Assembly: GCF_006345805.1 (NCBI RefSeq) | Contig: NW_021836946.1 | Coordinates: forward strand, 1-22,416 | Length of the DNA stretch: 22,416 bases | DNA from: Octopus sinensis | Taxonomy: Eukaryota | Direction of reading: 5' to 3' | Part shown: positions 1 to 9,906 of the stretch, in pieces | Layout of the letters: each line of letters starts with the position of its first letter | Position numbering within the stretch: position 1 is the first letter of the stretch | Position numbers and translations under genes: made by a program | The notes under the pieces: model-generated | Seen by the model: the letters and a program-made list of their open reading frames with translations, nothing else | Database searches by the model: none | What the model was told of the DNA's origin: nothing

Positions 1-59
1 GCACAAGCACACTAGCACACACACACGTATATGTGCATGCATGTAAATATGTATGTACG

Positions 60-366
60 AAGGATTTGCAATCGTGAAGTCCCATGTTCAATACCAGTAT
101 GAAGCACCCAGAGCAATATATTTTACCATAGCTTCGGGTGATCCGTAACTTGAGTGACATTGAGTAGAGACAGATTATGTTGACCCCCGTTGGGTAAAAT
201 GTATCTGTAATTTAAAAGTGATTGTCACAGTGGTTGTCTGCCAGAAGATTAAATTATGGTTACACGTGTCTAAGGATTCCCAGCTGTTTGTATTATAATA
301 CAGCATGGCGGTAAATCACTTGATCGAACAACTGGATTAATCCTCATCGAAAACGACGGAATTCCA
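60..366 (+). mobile_element. Highly degenerate tRNA-derived SINE-like repeat
   Basis: B-box-like ATGTTCAATACC (~84-95), followed by sequence loosely resembling the head of the SINE at 20336 (TTTTACCATAGCTTCGGG). Family assignment rests on my recollection of cephalopod SINEs. Confidence 0.3.
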
Positions 367-789
367 TTTTCTCTTTTCTTTGACCTTCATGCGTATATAT
401 GTATATATGCACATCTGCTTATATTCATATAAACAGATGAATAAGTATCTACATATGGATGTGTATGCGCCAATGGGCTTATCACAACATAATCACGTTT
501 AATATCATTAAAAGACGTGCATTCATTAAACTATATCCAGTTTACTGGAACTTACACCCAGTAAACCACATCCTTACCACTTAGTAATAACAACCACCAA
601 GTTCAAGTCATCAGAAATTATTTAGAGGTGGACCCATTTACAACCGAGTGAACTGAGGCATTTGAAAGTTAAATGTTTTAATCATAAAGAAAATACAATA
701 ATGATAACAGAATAACAGAGAACGAACAACTGATCCCTTTATAAAGCACAATGTAGCACTCAACGTACGGATATCTAAAAATTAATGCC

Positions 790-1320
790 AGCTAAAGAAT
801 TCCTTATCAGTCTCTCAGTAACTTACCCACCGTTATTAGATATAAAGTATCTCACGAACCAATTCTCTTGTTACACCATAATTAGTCAACTAGTTATCTG
901 GAATATAAAATCTCGCCAATTTCTTATCAGTTATACAATAATCTCTCCGTCTGCTGTTAGTCGCATATTAGAGGACATATTTGTTATAAGTTTCATAAGA
1001 ACTCGCCATCAGATATAAAAGCTAACTCATTCTTATCAGATATACAGTATATAGGTATCATTTTTTAAATTCATGCAATAACTCAGGCTGTTATCAATCA
1101 ATGTCTCACAATTATCAGTTGCAAAATAACTCACTGACTTATCATGAGTATATTCGATAGTTCAATCATCTGTTATTTACACAATACCTATCCAATAATA
1201 TCATGTCTCTTGTACAACAGCTTACTAATAATTAGAATGTTTTACAACGGCTCATCTATAGTTATACAACAAATTATCCGCCAGTTATCAATTACGAAAT
1301 AAATTATGCCTATCAAATTC
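790..1320. repeat. Degenerate tandem repeat (approx. 28-30 nt motif TTCTTATCAGTTATACAATAACTC)
   Basis: Recurrent TTATCAG/TTATCAA and ATAACTC/ATAATCTC words near 804, 923, 1032, 1112 and 1284. Confidence 0.4.
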
Positions 1321-2976
1321 TCTTGCAATACGCGATAGTTTAAACGCCAGAGCTTGGAGGCAACAACGGACACTTTAAATCTATCCAATAACAACAGGAT
1401 ATCTGGATTACGACACACTGTTCAGAGATCACTGAGTACATTAACTATTGAGAATACTAATGATTGAGTACTTTTTGATTTGGTTCACTGAGCATATGCT
1501 ACCTTGATAACTCAAGCAGGAGAGAAATAATAAGAACGATTCATTTAGTATGGCTGAATTTCAAGTAAACAACGTAATTTCTTTGATCACAGTTCGATAC
1601 TTTTCTTTTATGCTCCTCTAAGTTCAGCAAATAAAAGGTGGTGCGGTATATTTAGAGGTGTGGATTGAATTTCGGTTTTGTTTAAACTGTTACAGCTCAG
1701 TAGGTGGGAAAATTTACATAAAAATGCAATTCTGAAGAGAAATGATTGAATTGGATCAGAGAGTGAGAGAATCAGTTGACTTAACGGGAAAAGAAATACA
1801 TTCTATTCTTAAAAAGAAAAGGAACAAGAAATAGTAAATAGAAATCCAAAACACAAAACGCCAAAACTATAACATGGACTTATACCACCTTCAGAACACT
1901 GCCAATTCTCAATATGAAGTTAAGTAGTAATAGGATAGTGATGACTTTTGGTCTAGATTTAGAAGTCTAGAAAACGTCATGCTTTTTATTACTAAGAATC
2001 CGTTCTACAAATCATCGATATAGACTGAGCCCCTTTCGCCACTCAAATATGACATTAACTATGATCATTGGATAAACGATGCAAAATGACTTCAACAACA
2101 TCAAATATCTACGTGCGCCATATTTGATTGTTATCGACGCCAACAAAGATTTCAACTCCATTTTCTGACACCTACTAATAGACAACATACCAAACACTTC
2201 CTTGAGAAATAGCACAACAACACTGACTTACAAGTCAAGGTCAGAAAGTCTATGTAGAACAGAACAACGCGTCTGGAATCTGCAATTTCTAGACTGATAT
2301 ACCACGGCGAACCATGCTCTGACCTACATTTTGCCTGCACTCGTTCATTCTAATCTTTCAACACTGACTCATATTCAGATGTTATCATTATCCCATCCAC
2401 CTACAGACACCCTACTTTGGGACATAGCTGGTCAATTATTCCGACCATACATAAATCTCCAAGAAACCTGGCACTAGAAGCGACAGACTTAATGTAACAT
2501 TACTAAATCTATTGTCCCTATAGGATGTGGGCAAAAGTAGGAATACAGTTGATGAATATGATTAGAATATTCTTTTCAGTCCACTATTTCCTTTTTTAGA
2601 ATAAGACCTGTATGATTCTGTTTTTTTTAACTATCTTTTAAAGAACATAGAATCATAGAATTTTTATCCTAAAAATGAAGTCGGGAAGTGAAAAAACATT
2701 CCAGTCATATAAAGTAACTGTATACCCCACTTTTACCCACCCCTACATTCTTACCAGCCACACAAATGAACATCCTTTACAACCAACCACACTCAACGGC
2801 ATAAACATACCACATAGGCATAAAGTATACGGTGTTAAAATATACAACGTATTCATAATATTAACACCCAAGATGATATAAAAAAGAAAGCAAAATATCC
2901 TACAACATGCCTGAGTATGCAATGTAACTATATTTTGCCCATAAAACAAATAACGTTAGTACATCATATGCAAGTC

Positions 2977-3044
<68 letters not shown>
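2977..3044. repeat. (TA)n microsatellite
   Basis: Direct reading. Confidence 0.95.
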
Positions 3045-3049
<5 letters not shown>

Positions 3050-3310
3050 GTGAGGTATACTTGCCATCCAATATGGCTACCACTAAGGGTGGGTGTTACT
3101 GTAGCTTGTAGCCCCAGGACCCATTGTCTCCAGCTGGCTTTAAGCACACTTTCTGTGCCCTTATGGTATTTGCAAGGGAGGTCACCTTTCCCTCGTCAAC
3201 CTATGTGATACGCACGGACTGCAGTTTCTAGGTTATGACCTGGTGGTGGTGGTGGTGGTGGTGATGTTGATGATGATGATGATGATGATGATGATGACGA
3301 CAACAACAAC
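3050..3310 (+). repeat. Unclassified interspersed-repeat end followed by (TGG)n(TGA)n tract
   Basis: GC-richer block 3050-3240, then TGG/TGA trinucleotide runs 3241-3300. Interspersed status is from recollection only. Confidence 0.3.
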
Positions 3311-3816
3311 TGATTGGAAGTGTTATCATGTACATTGTTTTGCCTTGCTATAAAAGATGGGCTACAGCAAATATTCTGCTCAATACCACAGATTTGCTTG
3401 TCAGTTGTTTGACCTTAACCAGTTGAGCATGTCCCTTAGTGGCTGATGATATGTGCATCTCTGATCACGAGCAGAAGTAGTGGGGGAACATCATAGCCAT
3501 GTGTTGAGAGGGATTCTTTGGAGTTTGAATAATTCACCTTTGGAAACATGGGTGGTTCGTTCAACATCCTTAAACAACCCTTATTCAGGCAGCTTTTGAG
3601 CGGGATGGGCTACTCGACCAGAAGAAAATTCTAACTGGGCCCCCACCTGCAAGGTCATGTGCTGTTTATCTTGATATGAGATCACCATGTCGCGCACATA
3701 TGGTTGTGATGCATGTACCTGGTGTACCCTTATCAGACGGGTAGTCATGATGGGTATACTGGCTTCGTATATTTTACCCCAGTGTCACTTTGATGGCATG
3801 CACTGCTCTCTCACTC
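3311..3816 (+). mobile_element. Unclassified non-coding interspersed repeat ending directly in (AAT)n, probably a retroposon 3' part
   Basis: GC-richer ~500 bp block ending ...GCACTGCTCTCTCACTC|AATAATAAT. I recognise it as an abundant Octopus-type repeat but have not verified this. Confidence 0.4.
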
Positions 3817-3901
3817 AATAATAATAATAATAATAATAATAATGATAATAATAATAATAATAATATAATAATAATATAATAATAATATAATAATAATATA
3901 A

Positions 3902-3932
<31 letters not shown>

Positions 3933-3975
3933 AAGAAGAAGAAAGAAGAAGAAGAAGAAGAAGAAGAATAGTAGC

Positions 3976-4016
<41 letters not shown>

Positions 4017-4032
4017 TAATATATAATAATAA
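3817..4032. repeat. Compound (AAT)n-(GAA)n-(AAT)n microsatellite
   Basis: Direct reading; GAA run at ~3903-3967. Confidence 0.95.
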
Positions 4033-6206
4033 CAGGAATGCAACAAAAACCTGGCTGAAAACTTTAACAACAGAGCCAGAGACGATGCCTGAATGGCTCA
4101 CGAGGGAAACCATCTTAATTCCCAATCAAATGAGACAGCAAAACAGAAAACTACAGACCTATAACCCGTCTCCCTACAATGTACAAGGCATTTACTGCAG
4201 TGATATCGCAAAGGCTGAACAAGCACCTGGACGAAAACAAACTGTTCCCAGAAGAGCAGAAAGGATGCCGCAAGGGCTCATATGGCTGTAAAGACCAACT
4301 AATGATTAATAAAGCCGTAACTGAAGACAGCCACAGAAAGAAGAAAGGCCTCAGTATGGCCTGGATCGACTACAAAAAGGCGTTTGATAGCATCCCCCAC
4401 ACATGGATCCTCAAAACACTAGCCATTAACAAAGTAGCACCAACAATTAAAAAATTCATAGAGCACTCTATGAATAAATGGCAAACAGTGCTACAGCTCC
4501 AAAGAAAAGAGGGACTCATGAAAACCAAAGACATCCCCATTAGAAGAGGAATATTCCAGGGAGACACGCTATCTCCACTCCTTTTCTGCTTGGCACTGTC
4601 ACCTCTATCTGATATGCTAAATAGAACTGGATGCGGATATAAATGTTACGGCAAAACGATCAGCCACCTTTTATATATGGTTGACCTAAAACTATACGCT
4701 GCAAATGAAAAACAGCTGGAACACTATTAAAGACAGTTCATGGATTTACCAAAGAAATAGATATGAATTTTGGATTAGAAAAATGCGCCAAAGTAACCCT
4801 GAAAAGAGGAAAACTAATTAGAGTAGCAACATCACACTAGATAAAACAATGAAATAAAAGAATTAGACCAAAGCCAAACTTACAAATACTTAGGAATCCA
4901 TGAACTAGATAAGACGCAACACACACAAATGAAAGAGAAAATAAAAAAAGAATATATAGACGAGTTAGATCAATACTAAAAACAGAGCTCAATGCTAAAA
5001 CAAGATAATAGGTATCAACACTTTAGCTGTCCCAGTTATAAGTTACAGCTACAATATCCTTAACTGGACACGAAATGAACTGTCCAAAATAGATAGGAAA
5101 ACAAGAAAAATACTGACAGGATCTAGGATGCATCACCCAAAATCTGACATACAAAGACTATATATACAACGTATAGAAGGTGGTAGAGGCCTTATACAAC
5201 TGGAAAACTACTATAAAATAACCACCATAGGATTGCAAAATATCTACTTCAGAAGAAGGAAAACTATACAAATAGAGGCAAAACACGAGCAAAACAAAAA
5301 CTGTTCTCAGTATTAAGGAAGCTGACAAATACAAACAAGAAATCATACCACCTAATAAATATGATGAAGAAGAAGAAGATGAAGAACAACAAAGCTATAA
5401 AACAAATGAAATCCAAACTAAAAATAGAACAGCAACGAACCATGATAAAACGATGGCAAGAAAACCCCTTCATGGTAAATACTGGACTAATCTAAACGCA
5501 AAAGAAATAGACAAAGAAAAATCCCAGCAATGGTTGAGAAGCTCAGGACTCAAAGCAGAAACAGAGGGATTTTTAATTGCAGCACAAGACCAAAGCCTCC
5601 CCACTAGAAATTACCAAATGAAAAGAAATATAGCAAGTAACTGCAGAATATGTTGAGATGGACAAGAAACAATAAATCATATTATCTAGCTGCCCAGTCC
5701 TGGCTAAGAAGGAATATATTCACAGACATGACAGAGTTGGAACTTACATACATTGGAAGCTATGCCAACATTATGGAATAACAACAGAAAAAAGATGGTA
5801 TAGGCACACACCAGAAAAGGTCACAGAAAACGAGAAAGCAACCATACTCTGGGATATGCCGATACACACAGATAGAGAAATTAAGGCCAACAGACCAGTA
5901 TAGGTGTCAAGATCATGAAGAAAAAAAATGCTTTCTAATTGATGTATCAATACCGGCGGATGACAACGTGTCTCTAAGAAATGGAGAAACTCTCAAATAC
6001 AAAGACCTGGAAATAGAGGTAACCAGAATGTGGAATCTAAAAACAGAAACAATTCCTATCATAGTAGGTGCATTAGACATGATAAAAAATATTCAGACAA
6101 ACAATACATAACAAAAACACCAGGACTTACAAACACATATAACATACAGAAAATTGCACTACTAGGCACTGCACACATCCTACGCAGAACACTTTCCATA
6201 CAATAA
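4031..6206 (+). pseudogene. Frameshifted RT-zinc knuckle-RLE polyprotein
   Basis: RT motifs MPEWLT, EEQKGCRKGSYGCKDQL, MAWIDYKKAFDSIPH, GIFQGDTLSPLLF and HLLYMVDLKLY (YMDD mutated to YMVD). Knuckle CRIC*..ETINHII..CP..RHDRV (5641-5740). RLE motifs TILWDMPIHTDREIKANRP, LIDVSIP, KYKDL, IPIIVGALD and LLGTAHILR. Stop TAA at 6204-6206. Several frameshifts. Confidence 0.9.
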
Positions 6207-6303
6207 CCATCAGAGCATCACAACAAATCACAGCACATACCCAAGGCACACAGAGCTGCGCTCGGTAGTGAAGTGAAAGCACGCTATAAAAATAAAACTA
6301 CTG
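4031..6303 (+). mobile_element. 5'-truncated RLE-type non-LTR retrotransposon, R4/Dong-like, flanked by (TAA)n
   Basis: RT, CCHC knuckle and restriction-like endonuclease motifs in order, then a ~97-nt 3' UTR (6207-6303) running into (AAT)n. (AAT)n is also at the 5' junction. Confidence 0.9.
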
Positions 6304-6322
6304 AATAATAATAATAATAATA

Positions 6323-6360
<38 letters not shown>

Positions 6361-6387
6361 TAATAATAATAATAATATAATAACAAC

Positions 6388-6447
<60 letters not shown>

Positions 6448-6453
6448 GATAAT

Positions 6454-6502
<49 letters not shown>
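6304..6502. repeat. (AAT)n microsatellite
   Basis: Direct reading. Confidence 0.95.
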
Positions 6503-6507
6503 TAAAA

Positions 6508-6722
6508 TGATTTCAATTTGTGGCACATGGTCAGAAATTTCGGGGGTGGGAGTGTGTCGATTACATCGACCCCAGTAATTAACTGATACTTCTTTTATTT
6601 TCGACCCGGAAAGAATGAAAGGCAAAGTCACCTTGGTGGAATTTGAACTCAGAACGTAAGGACGGGCGAAATAGCAGTATTTCGCCCGGTAGGCTTAAGA
6701 AATCCGTCAGCTCGCCGCCTTA
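6508..6722 (-). mobile_element. tRNA-derived SINE
   Basis: Minus strand begins GGCGGCGAGCTGACGG (A-box-like) and contains the B-box GAGTTCAAATTCC. Internal 11-bp hairpin CGGGCGAAATA-GCAG-TATTTCGCCCG (6663-6688). A second copy lies at 21146-21229. Confidence 0.75.
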
Positions 6723-6726
6723 ATGA

Positions 6727-7093
6727 TAACAAAAGACCTCAGATAGCGCAAACCTCCACCAAGGCAACACCAACGTCCTCTCAACGATTAGCCAGAGAGG
6801 ATTTTTTAAATGAGAATATCTGAAATAAACTTGACTGCTCTCACAAAATAGAATACTAAAAATGAACCCGACCGTTCTCAAAAATTTTAATAAAAAAAAA
6901 CAAAGCAGGAAAAATAATCCAGAATCATTATCCGGTACCGGATCGATCCCAAAATCTAATCAGTCACGAAGCCAAATATCCCTGAAAGTTTCATCCGAAT
7001 CCATCCAGTGGTTCTTGAGATATTTTGTCCACGGACAAACAAACAAACACGACCGAAAACAATACCTCCACCTTAGGGAAAGCAGGTATAATA
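6727..7093. mobile_element. Non-autonomous HINE/DINE-1-like (Helentron-associated) element
   Basis: ACCTCCACC repeated near both ends (6752-6760, 7064-7072). Terminal stem TACCT...AGGTA (7063-7089). Short (CAAA)n near the end and an internal ATCCGGTACCGGAT palindrome. This layout is typical of DINE-like elements. Confidence 0.55.
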
Positions 7094-7170
7094 ATCTTTG
7101 CAAAAACAAATGGATACGCCAGTATAATATATCAACAAACTTTATCGAATAGCTTATATCGGGTTTGTGC

Positions 7171-7172
<2 letters not shown>

Positions 7173-7210
<38 letters not shown>
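7173..7210. repeat. (TA)n microsatellite
   Basis: Direct reading. Confidence 0.95.
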
Positions 7211-7212
<2 letters not shown>

Positions 7213-7535
7213 TTAAAAATGAGATAGGGGTTGAAAAATTCAACCCACCATGGGATAACATATATCCAATATACTGCTAGATAGGTACCCAACAAGACTA
7301 ATACATAGATGTTAAAAATTGCCAAGCAATTAGTTCATCTATTGTATTATATGGGCAAAGGTAATAATATTACCGTAAATGAATACTACAAAATTAGAAA
7401 ATGGAGAAACTACTTAAATCAATAAAACATCAACTATCAGATGATACCCAATCAATACTTTATTACAACCATTACATATCAGTAAAGGTATTATACAAAA
7501 TATATAGTAAATATAAATAGACAAGGAAATAGAAA
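7211..7535 (+). mobile_element. Inverted fragment of the PLE (RT N-terminal region)
   Basis: 7383-7535 is the reverse complement of 12176-12327 (7 differences). Upstream GGCAAAGGTAATAATATTACCGTA...AAAATGGAGAAACTACTT resembles the PLE (D)KG..V....Y..KM..LL motif. Confidence 0.75.
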
Positions 7536-7567
7536 TATAAAATATAAAATATAATATGTAATTATAT

Positions 7568-7684
7568 CATATCTGACAGCTGTTTCGGCAGTAAGGGCAG
7601 TCATACCTCATTTAACCTATAAGCCATAAAGGCAGGTATAAATGAGGCATTAACAAGGATGCCCCACAGCCTCTTCAGAGAATG
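7568..7684 (-). ncRNA. Type I hammerhead ribozyme with extended stem II
   Basis: Minus strand: CATTCT-CTGAAGA-[85-nt hairpin closed by GGC/GCC]-GAAA-C-AGCT-G-TC^AGATATG. All core nucleotides are present. Predicted cleavage is between 7575 and 7574. Confidence 0.85.
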
Positions 7685-8072
7685 TAATTTGTTATAATTG
7701 TGAAAAAATTATTTTTTCATATACATATAAATATAAAAATATAAAAATGTAAGATATAAAAACTTGTGCATATACTCCATAATGCTACACATATATAATA
7801 CTCATTGATACAATAATGCAAGGTAAACAAAACAAAATAAAACAAAATATATATCAGTGTATATATTAATATTAATAAGCACAGTTATTTTACATATTTG
7901 GATAATAGTTCTAAAAACTAACACATAGGGAGATGTATGCGCACTACTATTTAAATTAAAATCATACCTATACCTGAAAATAATAATAAAAAATAATTAA
8001 AAAATAATAAAAAACCATAGTTCAGTTCATAAAATTATAAACCTATAAAAGTCAATATAAATTACTATTAAT

Positions 8073-8075
<3 letters not shown>

Positions 8076-8144
<69 letters not shown>
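8076..8144. repeat. (AAT)n microsatellite
   Basis: Direct reading. Confidence 0.95.
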
Positions 8145-8145
<1 letters not shown>

Positions 8146-9906
8146 GCTACAGTTAAGTTTGCACCAAGTCCATCCATTCAAAATCGAAATAACTATGAGT
8201 TTAGTTTTTCCGTCCGCTTGATATTGATTATTCTAGATTGATTCGATTGGCTTGTAGTTTGAAATTTGAATCACAAAAGAAATTTTACGGTTGGTTAGTC
8301 AAGAAACGCAAATACGCACACGCACATCCACAGATCAATCGCACATACATACATAATTATATGCATACACACACATACACTTATACACATACACATCCAC
8401 AAGCAACCTCTAGCATAAACAAAAATAAAAAGGGGAGCAACTATACTGTCATCTAGTCTATCAAAATTATAACTATGCCTCAAATAACAAAAAAGATCCA
8501 CTCATATATTTCCATAAAATATTTATTTCAAAGATTTATATATTTATATATCAATATATCACGATGTCTGATGTTATTTCACTAGGTACCTTCTGTATTT
8601 AACTAACAACGGTTTTTATCAATGTCAACATAACGGTTACGAGATTACCGTAATTAGTTATGATTCATGTACGCTAAGTTATAGGTATAGATTAATTTTT
8701 ATATTATAAATATATATCACTTTTTTACTTATTAAACTCTATGCCATTATAAACAAGATTAGGCATTAAATAATAACAACCGGGGGACTCACTAATGCAA
8801 TCGTATATAAGAAAATCACAGACATTAAAAGATTGTAAATGCTTAAGTTAAAATGTGATAAAATAAATAAGAAGAAATAATTACGATTACACACATAATA
8901 TATGTACAAACCAGTATATATGTATTCATATATTATTAAGATAAATGATTGATATGTATGTATAATCTACACTTATATAAGTAAATAAAAAAATAAAAAA
9001 ATAAATAAATAAATAAAAAAATAAATAATAATTAGATGACTTGATGTAGTATAAATCTACACTTAAATAAGTAATAAATAAATAATAAATAATTAGATGA
9101 CTAAATGCAAAGATAGATACCATAGAGAACAATTCAGATAATAAATTTACAGGTACACCTAATATATAGTAATGCTAATATGCATATATCCACATATACA
9201 TAAAAGAGTATAAATGTAAATCAATAACATAAAATAAAGTTAAGATATATATTGAAGAAAGTACCAATATAAACTTAGTATACAGGCTAATACTATGAAA
9301 GTTTATACCTGTAAATAGTGAGTAAAAAATTGATAGATGGATAATTTAATGTACAGATCCAGAAGACTATAAATATATAGACTAAATATATAAGGCTGGT
9401 AATATTTATAAAGTCTAATGTTTGTAAATGAAAAGGTTTATTAGTAAATAGCATAAGATACAAATTAAGGTGAGTACAAAGAAAGACCAAATATACAATA
9501 TAAACTGCCAATAAACACATACAAAAAACTGGATTCTCAACCTAAACAAAACAAACTCCCAAAAGCTCTCATATATTGCACATAGTATTACATTATCTAG
9601 AGCTAGGTAACTAACCAAGATATTCATATACACTATGCAATATTAGAAAACTTCGAGAATCACATATACAAGGCAAATACCAAAATGAATGTGTTATTAC
9701 TTGTCATAGTGTATTCCCTTTAAAAACAAGACAAAAACCACATACAAAAAACAAAAAACAATAATACTGGACACATCTATTATTATACATGTGTAGCTAC
9801 AAAATTATATAAAATTATAAATTTATAAGATGCATGCTTTAGAATTATAGAAGACCACTAGTATAGTTAGTTACAGAAGGGAGTTAAAAAATTATCAATA
9901 GAAAAT

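Noticed and set aside
611-617. Other CTGANGA words (611 minus, 1733, 3445, 4321, 13534, 13691, 21758)
   Set aside because: None has a properly spaced GAAA with stems I-III, so they are not hammerheads.
1840-2530. Possible very old RTE-like LINE remnant (NNIKYL, TLLWD words)
   Set aside because: The motifs are too short and scattered across frames to support a call without a profile search.
3774-4125. ORFs of poly-Y/L/I/S
   Set aside because: They are translations of (AAT)n/(GAA)n microsatellites.
6862-7325. 96-, 121- and 63-aa ORFs
   Set aside because: They run across a non-autonomous repeat, (TA)n and a PLE fragment, with no coherent protein.
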